The translations under genes and the position numbers were made by a program. The notes beneath the pieces are model-generated. The model had not been told where the DNA came from. It saw only the letters and a program-made list of their open reading frames with translations, and did no database searches. A DNA stretch of 64,000 nt from an uncultured Gammaproteobacteria bacterium (GTDB lineage: Bacteria; Patescibacteriota; Microgenomatia; JAMCZE01), in contig CAZXMM010000001.1 of the NCBI GenBank assembly GCA_964641255.1, positions 873,890 through 937,889 of the forward strand, given 5' to 3'. This document shows positions 9,639 to 20,270 of this stretch, piece by piece; within the stretch, counting starts at the first letter, position 1; the number at the start of each line of letters is the position of its first letter.

Positions 9639-11684
9639 TCAGTTTACCTGCTCAGCCTCTGGAACTTTTGGCTTATTCCAGGAAGCATAGTCGCACTCAG
9701 GGTAGCGACTACAACCGTAAAAGGTTTTTTTGCTGCGGGTGGTTTTGACCACCACTTCGCCAATACTACATTTTGGACAAGAGACATCAATTTTTCTCAC
9801 GAAGGGTTTAGTGAACTTGCACTCTGGAAAAGTACTGCAAGCTAAAAACTTGCCAAACTTGCCGACCCTGACCACAAGAGCTGCACCACAGTTGGGGCAT
9901 TTTTCGTCAGTTTCTAAAACGGCAATCCTTACTCTCTCGGCGCTTTCACTTACTTCATTTAGCTGTTTAGCAAACGGGTCGTAAAAGTTCTTAATTACCG
10001 CAATCCAGTCCTTTTTAGTCCCATTGGCTATCTCATCAAGCTCGTCTTCCATTTTGGCAGTAAACTGGTAGTCAAAAAGACTGGGGAAATGAGTCAGTAA
10101 AAAGTCGGTAACTGCTGACCCGAGAGCGGTGGGAATGAGCCGCTTGTCTAGTTTTTCTACGTATTGCCGCTCCAAAATTGTAGAAATAATCGGCGCATAA
10201 GTGGAGGGGCGACCGATACCGTACTCTTCCAAAATTTTAATCAGTGAGGCTTCGCTAAACCGGGGCGGGGGCAAAGTAAAGTGCTTGCCAAAATCAAGTT
10301 GTAAAAGTGAGAGATCCTCGTTAAGAGTAAGTGGGGGCAACGACCGGTCGTCTTTTTCTCCACCCGCCTCCGTAGCGTCAGTTGGATCTTTTTCTTCTTT
10401 GGTTTGGGTTTTGGGAAATAGCACTTGCCAGCCGTCAAAAAGGACAACGGTCCCGCTGGCCCGGAAAGTGTAATTGCTCCCAGCGCTGATATCGACTGTA
10501 GTTTGTTCTGACCTCGCTTCAGTCATCTGGGAGGCTACAAAGCGTTTCCAGATAAGCTCGTACAATCTACCCTGCTCCCGATCTCTAGCATGGATAGCCT
10601 CGGTTTTTAATAGGGCGTTAGTAGGTCTAATCGCTTCGTGGGCCTCCTGAGCTACTTTTGACTTAGTTTTAAAGAGCCTGGGAGATTCTGGCAGGTAATT
10701 TGCTCCGAAGTCTTGACCAATAAAATCTCGAACGGCAGTGACCGCTTCGACAGCAAGATTAGTGGAATCGGTGCGGTGATAAGTGATAAGTCCCTGTTCA
10801 TAAAGGTTTTGGGCGATTTGCATGGTCCGTTTAGCACTCCAACCATAAACACTGGCAGCTGCCTGTTGCAAGGTTGAAGTAGTAAATGGAGCGTAAGGAT
10901 TTCGTTTCACTTCCCTTTTGGCAATGTTAGCCACTTTATAACTAACACCGCTTAGTTCAGATACCACTCTATCTACCTGGTCTTTAGTATTAATTACTGC
11001 TTCTTTACTATCTATTTTATGTAGCTTGGCCTCAAAAGTGGTTGGACTTACCCCAGTAACCTGTCGTAGTAAAGCGGTTACTTCCCAGTATTCGATCGGC
11101 CTAAACCGTTCAATTTCCCGTTCCCGCTCCACGATTAAACGAACTGCCACACTCTGCACTCGACCAGCTGACAACCCGCGACGAATCTTACGCCATAGTA
11201 ATGGCGACAGCTTGTAACCTACTAGCCGATCCAAAACTCTCCGTGCCTGTTGAGCATCCACTAGAGGCATGTTAAGACTACCTGGATGAGACAGAGCCTC
11301 TTTAATCGCCTTTTCAGTAATCTCGTGGAAAGTGATCCGCTGAAACTGTTTCGGCTTCTCGTGGCCCCGCCGAGATTTTTTATCCGCCCCGGGAGTAAGT
11401 AACGTAGCAATATGCCAAGCGATTGCCTCTCCCTCCCTATCTGGATCAGTCGCCAGCGTTATGGTTTCAGCTTGTTTGGCTATAGCCTGAAGCTCCTTGA
11501 CTCGGTCGGCTTTTTTGGCTGGTACCACGTAAGTGAGAGCAAAATTCTTCTCTACCGCTATACCGAGCCTACTCTCAGGTAAATCTCGAACGTGACCCAT
11601 TGACGCCTCAATTTGGTAATTTTGGCCAAGAAACCGCGACAGGGTTCGGGCTTTGGTTGGTGACTCGACAATAATAAGATGCAT
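9639..11684 (-). CDS. topA: DNA topoisomerase I
   Basis: IVESPTKA, ATDPDREGE, SAGRVQS, ITYHRTDS, C-terminal zinc ribbons. Confidence 0.98.
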   Translation of the reverse strand: MHLIIVESPTKARTLSRFLGQNYQIEASMGHVRDLPESRLGIAVEKNFALTYVVPAKKADRVKELQAIAKQAETITLATDPDREGEAIAWHIATLLTPGADKKSRRGHEKPKQFQRITFHEITEKAIKEALSHPGSLNMPLVDAQQARRVLDRLVGYKLSPLLWRKIRRGLSAGRVQSVAVRLIVEREREIERFRPIEYWEVTALLRQVTGVSPTTFEAKLHKIDSKEAVINTKDQVDRVVSELSGVSYKVANIAKREVKRNPYAPFTTSTLQQAAASVYGWSAKRTMQIAQNLYEQGLITYHRTDSTNLAVEAVTAVRDFIGQDFGANYLPESPRLFKTKSKVAQEAHEAIRPTNALLKTEAIHARDREQGRLYELIWKRFVASQMTEARSEQTTVDISAGSNYTFRASGTVVLFDGWQVLFPKTQTKEEKDPTDATEAGGEKDDRSLPPLTLNEDLSLLQLDFGKHFTLPPPRFSEASLIKILEEYGIGRPSTYAPIISTILERQYVEKLDKRLIPTALGSAVTDFLLTHFPSLFDYQFTAKMEDELDEIANGTKKDWIAVIKNFYDPFAKQLNEVSESAERVRIAVLETDEKCPNCGAALVVRVGKFGKFLACSTFPECKFTKPFVRKIDVSCPKCSIGEVVVKTTRSKKTFYGCSRYPECDYASWNKPKVPEAEQVN

Positions 11685-11733
11685 ACGGGTTAATAGTGGA
11701 ACCATTGTAAGCTATCTGTCAAGAGTAGCCGAT

Positions 11734-12378
11734 TTAGCTTAGGGCGGCAATAATGTCTGCGACACTAGTAACGGGGGTAGCGCCTTGACTGATAAGGAAA
11801 TTAGTGCCTTTGGAGACTTCAGAGTTTATAGGTCCGGGTACAACCAAGACCTCTTTCCCTTGCTCAAGAGCCATTCGGGCTGTGATAAGGCTGCCAGATT
11901 TCATTGCTGCTTCGGTGATTAAGACTGCCACCGCCACTCCAGAAATTAGCCGATTTCGAGCAGCAAACGTCCATTTATTTACTACCTGGCCTGGTGGTAT
12001 TTCGGACATAATTACCCCCCCGGAAGTAATAATATCCGTTGCTAGCTGCTTATTGGTCTGGGGGTAGATACGATCAACGTCAGTTCCTAAAACAGCAATC
12101 GTCTTACCACCCAAGTCCAGAGTAGTCTGGTGGGCAACGGTATCCACACCTCTTGCCAACCCCGAAACAATTACAAATCCTCTGGCGACCAAGCCACTCG
12201 TAAGAGTAGTGGTAATTTCCCGACCGTAACTACTAATTTGCCTAGTGCCCACCACCCCGATAATCTGCCGCTCGTTGAAAAGTTGCTCGAGCGCCTCTTC
12301 GGTAAGCCTAGTCCTGACAAAAATCTGTTTGGGGGGATCAGGAATTAGGTGTAGTTGTGGTGGAAAAAACGTGGTCAT
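11734..12378 (-). CDS. dprA: DNA processing protein DprA (truncated N-terminus)
   Basis: VVGTR, IVSGLARGVD, RNRLISG, SGSLITA. Confidence 0.93.
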   Translation of the reverse strand: MTTFFPPQLHLIPDPPKQIFVRTRLTEEALEQLFNERQIIGVVGTRQISSYGREITTTLTSGLVARGFVIVSGLARGVDTVAHQTTLDLGGKTIAVLGTDVDRIYPQTNKQLATDIITSGGVIMSEIPPGQVVNKWTFAARNRLISGVAVAVLITEAAMKSGSLITARMALEQGKEVLVVPGPINSEVSKGTNFLISQGATPVTSVADIIAALS

Positions 12379-14132
12379 TGAGTTCCAAATTTGGCTTCGA
12401 GAATACTTTTAACTATAGGTGCAGCCACATCAGACCCCTCACCGCCAGCTTCCACTAGCACTGTAATAACCACTTCTGGTTTATCAGCAGGAGCAAAAGC
12501 GGTGAGCCACGCATGGGTACGATTTTTCGGATCGCCAAATTCGGCTGTTCCGGTCTTACAAGCGACCGGTACTTTAAAGTTAAAGAGTGGATAGGCGGTA
12601 CCACCAATAGAGCAAGCTGCCACCATACCACGCTTAACTATCCCTAGGGTTTGGTCAGTGATTCCGGTGGCTAGACAGTCTGAAACAGTAGAGTTTTTGT
12701 CGCCAGGTGGACCGAAGTGTTTTAACACTTGGGGGCGACATAATTTTCCCCCATTAGCAATGACACTAGTCCAGGCATTAACTTGCAGTGGGGTTGTTAG
12801 TAAATAACCCTGGCCGATAGCTAAGTGGTAAGTATCACCCAGGTACCAACTTTTGCTCATTTCTTTTTGCCAACTAAGAGACGGAAAAGTGCCACTACTC
12901 TCTCCAGGTAAGTCAATCCCCAACCTACCGTTACCGCCCAACTTCTTGGTCCAAATTTCCAAATTATCTCGCCCAATTAATTCTCCTGCCTTGTAAAAGT
13001 AAATGTCATTACTCTTTTGTAGCGCCCCTATGACGTTAAGCGTTCCTTGAGTACCTCCATCCTTCAAATATTTCCAATTGGGAAACTTGTACGGACCAAT
13101 AATTAATACTCCCGTGTCCTCGACCTGGAAATCTTCAGAAATTGACCGACTTTCTAACCCAGCTGTTGCTGTCACTATTTTATATGTCGATCCTGGGGGG
13201 TAAGTCCCGCCCACTCCTCGGTCAAACAATGGTCTTTTTTGGTCGGTGAATATTGCCGTGACTCTAGCGCTTTGCTCAGCAGTAGAAAGCAATAAGTCGG
13301 TAAACACATTGGGGTTAAAAGAGGGACTAGAAAAAAGAGCTAATACTTCTCCATTTGCCGGATTAGTAACCACGACTGCCCCACTCTTATTAGCCATTGC
13401 CAAAGCCGCCACCCGCTGCAAATTCCAGTCCAGATTAAGGGTCAGATTTTGCCCAGGAATTGGCTCGGTAGTACCCAGGGTGCGAATCTCTTGGCCCAAA
13501 GCATCCACTTCAATGACACTTACCCCGTCTTTGCCGCGTAAGTAGTCTTGATAATATTCTTCGACCCCGGCTCGACCAATTCGATCGCCCAACTTATATC
13601 CGTGGGGAGTTTGTAGCTCCTTTGGGGTAACCTCTGAGACATAGCCGAGAATGTGGGCAGTCGCTTCAGCAAAAACATAGAATCTACTACTATCAAGCTC
13701 GAGCTGCTGACCCCTAGCTAATCCTCTTGCCTCTAAATCAATCGCCTGATCCTTAGAAATCACTTGAGCTTTACACGGAGAGCCGGATGGTTCAGTCGCG
13801 CAATCAACCAGTCGAAACGCCGGCAAATTATTAACCAGGGCCTGACCGTTACGGTCGAAAATTATTCCTCTGGGGGCGTGGAGAGTGACTTTTTTAGCCC
13901 GATTGTCATTAGAAAGCGCCCGGTAGTAGTGGCCCATTACGATTTGGGTCCAAAATAGACGGCCACATAAAACTAACACCGCCGCCAAAATAGAGACCTT
14001 TAGAATTAGAACTCTAAACTGTGGGGAAACATTATCATCATCACCGCCTTGGCCGAGTCGTCCCCGACCACGAAGCACTGAGGGCTTAGAACTAGCCAAA
14101 ACTCCATCACCTAGTCCATCTGTAAGTTTCAT
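12375..14132 (-). CDS. mrdA: Penicillin-binding protein 2
   Basis: PGSTYK (SxxK), KSNDIYFY, KTGTAE; follows mreBCD. Confidence 0.93.
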   Translation of the reverse strand: MKLTDGLGDGVLASSKPSVLRGRGRLGQGGDDDNVSPQFRVLILKVSILAAVLVLCGRLFWTQIVMGHYYRALSNDNRAKKVTLHAPRGIIFDRNGQALVNNLPAFRLVDCATEPSGSPCKAQVISKDQAIDLEARGLARGQQLELDSSRFYVFAEATAHILGYVSEVTPKELQTPHGYKLGDRIGRAGVEEYYQDYLRGKDGVSVIEVDALGQEIRTLGTTEPIPGQNLTLNLDWNLQRVAALAMANKSGAVVVTNPANGEVLALFSSPSFNPNVFTDLLLSTAEQSARVTAIFTDQKRPLFDRGVGGTYPPGSTYKIVTATAGLESRSISEDFQVEDTGVLIIGPYKFPNWKYLKDGGTQGTLNVIGALQKSNDIYFYKAGELIGRDNLEIWTKKLGGNGRLGIDLPGESSGTFPSLSWQKEMSKSWYLGDTYHLAIGQGYLLTTPLQVNAWTSVIANGGKLCRPQVLKHFGPPGDKNSTVSDCLATGITDQTLGIVKRGMVAACSIGGTAYPLFNFKVPVACKTGTAEFGDPKNRTHAWLTAFAPADKPEVVITVLVEAGGEGSDVAAPIVKSILEAKFGTQ

Positions 14133-14142
14133 GAGAGTAAAA

Positions 14143-14472
14143 TTAAAAGTGCATTATTCCCTGGCGCAGTAATATAAAAACCAAGCTTTCAAGCAATAGG
14201 GTTATTACGATTACAATCTTGGTTTGGCTCTTAAACCTGGGCATTAAACCGAAGCAAGTTGCGCAATAAGACAGAAGTAGTACGGCGCTAAGTCCCAATG
14301 GCTGAAGCCACAGCAAATCCACACTAACCCCACTGATAAAGGCCAGTGCGTAGACTTTCTTCTGCTCCACCTGTCGCCAGATAGCCACGGCTAGAACTAG
14401 AGCGGGCCAAAAAAAAGCGTCAACCACTCCTAAACTAAAAACCGCCACCAAAGCTAAAAGATAGTAAAGCAT
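14143..14472 (-). CDS. MreD-like membrane protein
   Basis: Hydrophobic, AFISGVSVDL..PLG motif, position between mreC and pbp2. Confidence 0.65.
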   Translation of the reverse strand: MLYYLLALVAVFSLGVVDAFFWPALVLAVAIWRQVEQKKVYALAFISGVSVDLLWLQPLGLSAVLLLSYCATCFGLMPRFKSQTKIVIVITLLLESLVFILLRQGIMHF

Positions 14473-14473
14473 A

Positions 14474-15244
14474 CTAATTGATAGGTAAAAATACCGTTGT
14501 TAAGCGCCCATAATCAATCAGCGGTCGCACCTCGCCTCTGACAAATAAGTCGGTATCCTTGCTATTTTTGGAAACGACTTTCCCAATCACCAGCCCGGGG
14601 GCAAAGACACCATCTTCACCGCTGGTTAGCACCACGTCCCCCTCGAGCACTTCTTCATTTTGAGCTACCCGATCAAAAAAAATGCTACTGTTAAACTGCC
14701 CTACCGCCAGGCAGTGTGCCTGGCGAATCCGACAGGGAATTTTTGACCCCCCTCCGGTTGGCAGCTCGACAAAACTTACCTGCGGGGTAACCTTAATCAC
14801 TCTGCCGACTAAATTATTTAAATAGGTAACACTTTGGCCTACTCTGATACTATCTTGACTGCCCTTAGCAATTATCAGTCCAGTACCCGCCCCGACCACT
14901 AAAGCAGAGGAAAAACGAGACTGAGCGACACTGACCTCGCCAAGTTGTTTCCGCAGTTCCAAATTCTCCCTTTCCAGGGCCCCCACTCGTTCAGCCGCAG
15001 CAGTAAGTTCAGCGTTACGCTCTTCCAGACTCCTGATTCGCACTTCCCCCGAACGCCAGAAGGCCACTACTAACAGGCTATCAGTTAGACCCCCCCGAAG
15101 AGCGTGTGCCCCCATTTGGATCGGTAGCGTCGCTACCGCAGTGAACGAGAAAAATGGAGCAGTCAAACGAGTCCAATCAAGAATTAGTAGCAAAAAGGCG
15201 GCTGCTAAAAACAGACTGAGAGAACGATAATCTAGGATTTTCAT
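14474..15244 (-). CDS. mreC: Rod shape-determining protein MreC
   Basis: TM plus coiled coil ENLELRKQL, GDVVLTSG..GVFAPGLVIGKV. Confidence 0.92.
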   Translation of the reverse strand: MKILDYRSLSLFLAAAFLLLILDWTRLTAPFFSFTAVATLPIQMGAHALRGGLTDSLLVVAFWRSGEVRIRSLEERNAELTAAAERVGALERENLELRKQLGEVSVAQSRFSSALVVGAGTGLIIAKGSQDSIRVGQSVTYLNNLVGRVIKVTPQVSFVELPTGGGSKIPCRIRQAHCLAVGQFNSSIFFDRVAQNEEVLEGDVVLTSGEDGVFAPGLVIGKVVSKNSKDTDLFVRGEVRPLIDYGRLTTVFLPIN

Positions 15245-16296
15245 TATTTTAAGCCTCCCGTGACCCGCACTCGTGCTAACAATTTATCATCGGTCAACAC
15301 TTTGCCAGTTCCTCGTACTACAGCCGTTAACGGCTGATCAGCCACCCAAACTGGCATCTTAGTCGCCTCAGACAAAGCTAAGTCTATGTGCCTTAGCAAG
15401 GCTCCACCGCCAGCAATCGCTATGCCCCGATTTAAAATATCAGACACTAGTTCGGGAGGTGTTAGTTCAATCAACTCTTTAATGGCTCCAAAGATTTGAT
15501 TAATTATTGGCCCAAGTGCTTCGCGAATTTCGGTTTCGGAGATTTTTAGTGATTTTGGAAGTCCAGTGGCTAAGTCCCGTCCTCTGACAACCGAGTAACG
15601 TTCTTCTTCACCTTTTTGAGGATAAGCGCTACCAATAGCAATTTTAATTTGCTCAGCTGTGGGTTGGCCAATAAGCACTCCGTATTTAAGTCGCAAAAAA
15701 CTAACAATTGCTTCATCCATCTTATCCCCTGCTACCCGAATCGACTTATTGACAACAATCCCACCGAGCGAAGTCACAGCAATTTCCGTTGTTCCCCCAC
15801 CAATATCCACAATTATGCTCCCAGCCGAATCGTCAACTGGTAAACCAATCCCAATAGCTGCTGCCATTGGCTCCTCAATGAGATAAGCCCTCCTGGCTCC
15901 TGCCGAAAGGGCCGCCTCCTGAACCGCCCGCCTTTCCACCGGTGTTACTCCTGAGGGAATGCCAATGACCACTTTGGGCTTGGGAATTTTTGGAATCAGC
16001 CCGGGTGTTTGGTGCACTAGCTTAATATAGTGAGCCAACATCGCCGCAGTGGCATCAAAGTCAGAAATTACTCCGTCCCGCAAGGGGCGAATAACGGAAA
16101 TCGTGGCTGGTGCCCGACCAGTCATCTTCTTGGCTTCGGTGCCGATGTCTATGAGTTGTTTGGTCTTTTTATGAATTGCTACCACACTGGGCTCGTTAAT
16201 AATAATTCCCTTACCCTTAACCATGACGAGGGTGTTGGCGGTGCCCAAATCAATTCCCATGTCGTGTGAAATTAGCGAGAAGAGGTAATCAAGCAT
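15244..16296 (-). CDS. mreB: Rod shape-determining protein MreB
   Basis: GIDLGTANT, EEPMAAAIG, DIGGGTTE. Confidence 0.98.
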   Translation of the reverse strand: MLDYLFSLISHDMGIDLGTANTLVMVKGKGIIINEPSVVAIHKKTKQLIDIGTEAKKMTGRAPATISVIRPLRDGVISDFDATAAMLAHYIKLVHQTPGLIPKIPKPKVVIGIPSGVTPVERRAVQEAALSAGARRAYLIEEPMAAAIGIGLPVDDSAGSIIVDIGGGTTEIAVTSLGGIVVNKSIRVAGDKMDEAIVSFLRLKYGVLIGQPTAEQIKIAIGSAYPQKGEEERYSVVRGRDLATGLPKSLKISETEIREALGPIINQIFGAIKELIELTPPELVSDILNRGIAIAGGGALLRHIDLALSEATKMPVWVADQPLTAVVRGTGKVLTDDKLLARVRVTGGLK

Positions 16297-16343
16297 AGTC
16301 TTTTAGTTAGTTGTGTTTGCAGTATAGCAATGGCGTTGTTAGA

Positions 16344-18488
16344 ATGAAATCCATCATGGAAAAACTAGCGCACCGTGTAATTGACTGGTCCTTCTGTTTG
16401 TTGTTTTTTCTTATTCCTCTAGTCTTTTTTTCCGGCTCTTTTGAGTTGTTTGAATACAACAAAATGATGGTCACATATGCTTTAACTACAGTCATCATTG
16501 CCGCCTGGCTAGTCAAAATTATCGCTTCAGGAGTAAACCTGGCTAAACCCTGGAAACTAGTACCACCAAACCCCTTTAATCTTCCCATCGCTTTATATTT
16601 GGTGGCTCATATTATTTCGACTGTGACCAGTATCGATCCCCATGTATCTATTTGGGGCTACTATAGCCGCTTCCACGAAGGACTGCTGGCAACAATTTGT
16701 TACGTCAGTCTGTTTTATGCGGCTATTACTAATTTAACTAAAACGAGTGTCCAAAAAATTATTGTTAGCTCTTTCGGAGCGGCAGCTATTGTGGCACTTT
16801 GGGGGATAGCCGAACATTTTGGCGCTTCGCCATCGTGTTTGTTTATTACTAAACAACTCAATAATAGTTGTTGGATCCAAGACGTAACCAATCGGGTGTT
16901 TGCCACTTTGGGCCAACCCAACTGGATGGCCGCCTATCTCGATATTATAATCCTCGTTCTCATTGGTTATAGTCTCGATCTAAAAAAATCAGGAGCCACT
17001 ACTAGGAAATTTATAGTCCTGCTTTTTCTCGCTTTCATCGCCCTCTTATTTACTAAATCGCGCTCAGGACTAGTCGGACTAGCTACTGGAGGACTAGTCT
17101 TTATCGGTACCTACGGTTTTTCCCGAGCGCTTGTCCCCCTCATTTCTGCTCTGATCATTGGGACCGCAATTTTTGGTCTACCCCTTCCTCACCTGGATAA
17201 ATTTTCCCTATCTACTCTAGTTAATAGCCAAACGGCAGGTTCTAAAAAATCGGTCGATACCACTACCCCGGACTTCTTTATTAGCGAATCAGGTGACATC
17301 CGCAAAATCGTCTGGGAAGGAGCGGTCCGTGTCTGGCAACGCTACCCACTCTTTGGTTCTGGTGTAGAAACATTTGCTTATAGCTATTATCTCGACCGGC
17401 CGGTTGAACACAATTTAGTTTCAGAATGGGACTTTCTCTACAATAAAGCACACAATGAATTTCTTAATATTTTAGCCACTACTGGAACGGTAGGAATGCT
17501 CGCCTTTCTCTACTTAATCATAAGTTATTGTTTTTGGGTGATAAAATCACTGCTAGTGTCCAAATCCCCCCCCAGCACAGTGATCTTGGGACTTTTTGCT
17601 GCCTATATCTCGCTGCTGGTAACTAATTTTTTTGGGTTTTCGGTAGTAATTATTGGTCTGTTCTTTTTTCTGATTCCCGCCTTTAGCTGGGTATTAAACG
17701 ACACTCAAAACCACGAAATTAGCCAGGCCAATAAAGGACTAACTACTAGTCGCCTGTTAGCAATCGGCCTAACTATAACTATCGCCGCAGTGATACTTTC
17801 TCGGCTCTATGGCATGTGGCAGGCCGATAAAAACTACGCTTATGGCCGCAACCTTAATGGTATTAATGACTACGTCTCTGGCTACCCCTACCTACTAAGT
17901 GCCGTTTCGGCCAATCCTAATGAGCCCACTTTCAGAGACGAACTTTCTTATAGCGAAGCGGTTTTGGCCTCGCTAATATTTCGCACTGTTTCTCAGTCTG
18001 AAGCTACTCCAGCCGCTAATTTTTCCATGGAGACGGTCTTACCCAGAGTTAACCTCTCTGGCAACCAGTTAGTAGCAGCTGCCATTTCTGACTCAAACAC
18101 TGTCGTACAATACTCGCCAAATTCGATGCCTTTTTGGAAAACTAGGACCAAGCTATTTTATCAACTGGCTACCATCGACCCCAAATACCTAAAGGAGGCC
18201 TTAGTCGCTATCCAGACGGCTGCCAAGCTAGCTCCCAGTGACGCCAAGGTGCACTACAATCTGGCAATTGTCTTAAGTCAACTCGGTCAAATCCCGGATG
18301 CTATCACCGTCTTAGAGCAGACTATCAAAATGAAGCCCAATTACCGCGAAGCTCGTTTTCAACTCGGGCTGAGTTACGAGCTCGTGGGCCAAAGAACTAA
18401 GGCCAGAGCGCAGATGGAAGAAATCCTCAAACGCGACACTAAAGATAGCGAAGCCCAAAAGTGGCTAAACGACCACCCCGCTAACTAA
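16344..18488 (+). CDS. O-antigen ligase-family membrane protein with C-terminal TPRs
   Basis: STLGQPN-type motif (ATLGQPNW), TKSRSG, GSGVETF, KAHNEFL, TPR helices. Confidence 0.85.
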   Translation: MKSIMEKLAHRVIDWSFCLLFFLIPLVFFSGSFELFEYNKMMVTYALTTVIIAAWLVKIIASGVNLAKPWKLVPPNPFNLPIALYLVAHIISTVTSIDPHVSIWGYYSRFHEGLLATICYVSLFYAAITNLTKTSVQKIIVSSFGAAAIVALWGIAEHFGASPSCLFITKQLNNSCWIQDVTNRVFATLGQPNWMAAYLDIIILVLIGYSLDLKKSGATTRKFIVLLFLAFIALLFTKSRSGLVGLATGGLVFIGTYGFSRALVPLISALIIGTAIFGLPLPHLDKFSLSTLVNSQTAGSKKSVDTTTPDFFISESGDIRKIVWEGAVRVWQRYPLFGSGVETFAYSYYLDRPVEHNLVSEWDFLYNKAHNEFLNILATTGTVGMLAFLYLIISYCFWVIKSLLVSKSPPSTVILGLFAAYISLLVTNFFGFSVVIIGLFFFLIPAFSWVLNDTQNHEISQANKGLTTSRLLAIGLTITIAAVILSRLYGMWQADKNYAYGRNLNGINDYVSGYPYLLSAVSANPNEPTFRDELSYSEAVLASLIFRTVSQSEATPAANFSMETVLPRVNLSGNQLVAAAISDSNTVVQYSPNSMPFWKTRTKLFYQLATIDPKYLKEALVAIQTAAKLAPSDAKVHYNLAIVLSQLGQIPDAITVLEQTIKMKPNYREARFQLGLSYELVGQRTKARAQMEEILKRDTKDSEAQKWLNDHPAN

Positions 18489-19558
18489 GTTGTCCGGTCA
18501 ACCATGTAGTGAGCAATACCCTCGATGTAATCAATGGCCAAGGGATTTAGGCCCTTAATCTTTCGCAATTGGTAAGCGCTTTTTGCTGCTAAAATGGCAA
18601 AATCTCTAGCCCGTTGACACGAATAATCGTACGAGCCCGAAGCAATTATTGCCCGCTTTAGAGCCGCTATTTGGGCCTTGGTGGCGACGCGCCTACCCCA
18701 AACCGGTTTCAGTGTCGCCTTTTGAGACTTTGTCCCTCGCTGAAGTAACGTATGAATAAGGAGGGTACACTTCCCCTGGAGCAAATCTGAGTCCGCCGAT
18801 TTTCCGGTTTTTTCAGGAGTCCCAAAAACTCCCAAAAGATCATCCTGGAGCTGAAAAGCGACCCCACCAGCCATGGCGTATTCACTAAGGAGCTTTAAAA
18901 CCACTGGGTCCGAGATACCTCCTAGGTAAGCCCCAATCAACAGCGGATTCTCATATGTATAGATGGCGCTTTTAGCCTTGTGCAAAGTAATTACGTCGTC
19001 CTCACTCCACTGCCCTAGCGATTCTAAAATTAAATCGTAAGCTTGCCCGTAAGCTGTATTGACAATGCCTCGAAGCATTTTTTGCAAGGCTTTAGCATTG
19101 CCACATCTACTTAAAAGCTCGTACCCAAGCGCTGAAAGAGCGTCTCCAGCACAAACCGTGATGCCGGCGGCAGTATGCTCACTAACTTTAGCCTTGCTTT
19201 CGTAGTATTTGTGAGTAGTCGGCCCGCCTCGCCGCACGGCGTCTCCATCCATAAAATCGTCATGCATCAGCAGTCCGGTATGGACTATCTCTACAGCCAT
19301 CGCGGCATTCCAGACCTCACTTGTAAACTCCTTACCACTTAGGGCAAAACCGTAATTGACCAAAGAACCCCGTAGTCTCTTGGCTGGTCTTAAATTGTGC
19401 TCCTTGGAGTGGGTCAGCAGCTCGGCCACCATGACTTTCTGGCGCTCGTTAAAACCAAAGTGCAGTGACAGCTCGGAGTTAAAATATGCCGCCAGCTTGG
19501 CATCAATAACTGGCACATAGTCACTTAAAGTTTGCTTGGCTCTGAGTCCTAAATTCAT
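18485..19558 (-). CDS. Polyprenyl diphosphate synthase
   Basis: KRLRG, LMHDDFMDGDAVRRG, FQLQDD. Confidence 0.93.
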   Translation of the reverse strand: MNLGLRAKQTLSDYVPVIDAKLAAYFNSELSLHFGFNERQKVMVAELLTHSKEHNLRPAKRLRGSLVNYGFALSGKEFTSEVWNAAMAVEIVHTGLLMHDDFMDGDAVRRGGPTTHKYYESKAKVSEHTAAGITVCAGDALSALGYELLSRCGNAKALQKMLRGIVNTAYGQAYDLILESLGQWSEDDVITLHKAKSAIYTYENPLLIGAYLGGISDPVVLKLLSEYAMAGGVAFQLQDDLLGVFGTPEKTGKSADSDLLQGKCTLLIHTLLQRGTKSQKATLKPVWGRRVATKAQIAALKRAIIASGSYDYSCQRARDFAILAAKSAYQLRKIKGLNPLAIDYIEGIAHYMVDRTT

Positions 19559-19664
19559 ACGCGCCACGCCCAATCGATAAAAAAAGCACCATAAGGTAGT
19601 GCTTCTGTCACTTTAGCATTGTCGAGAGTAAAAAAATAGCCACCACTCTTGCTATAATTCTCTT

Positions 19665-20237
19665 ATGTATCCGATTGTTGTCGCCCCCAATAGTGTTTTA
19701 AGTACCAAAACTGAGGAGGTTTCCTTCTTTGGCGCCAAACTGGAAAAGATAGTTTCAGCGATGACTGAAACTCTATTGGCCCAAAAAGACCCTGAAGGTG
19801 TAGGACTCGCCGCCAATCAAGTCGGACTATCCCTAAAGCTGTTTCTAGCTCGCTTTGATACCAAAAAGAGCTCTCCCATCCACGTGTTCATCAACCCCAC
19901 CATAGTGAACCACAGCGAACAGTTACAGCCCAGTGAAACCGATAAGCACGCCTCTCTGGAAGGCTGCCTCTCGATCCCCAAATTCTACGGACTGGTTAAA
20001 CGGTACGCTACCATTACGCTTGAATACCAAATTCCGAAGGATCGTAATTATGACCAACTAGTCACTAAAGTAGACACTTTTACCGGCTTTGCGGCGGTGG
20101 TTCTTCAACACGAACTGGACCACTTGGCCGGACACCTGTTTGTTGAGCGGATCCTGGAACAGAAAGGGCGCCTGTATAAAATCACCGGTCGTGATAAGCG
20201 GGGTAAAGAGGTCTGGGAAGAAGTTGAGCTCGGTTGA
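19665..20237 (+). CDS. def: Peptide deformylase
   Basis: GVGLAANQ, EGCLS, QHELDH. Confidence 0.97.
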   Translation: MYPIVVAPNSVLSTKTEEVSFFGAKLEKIVSAMTETLLAQKDPEGVGLAANQVGLSLKLFLARFDTKKSSPIHVFINPTIVNHSEQLQPSETDKHASLEGCLSIPKFYGLVKRYATITLEYQIPKDRNYDQLVTKVDTFTGFAAVVLQHELDHLAGHLFVERILEQKGRLYKITGRDKRGKEVWEEVELG

Positions 20238-20270
20238 AATTACTGTCTATCTTATAGTAAGATAGCGGGC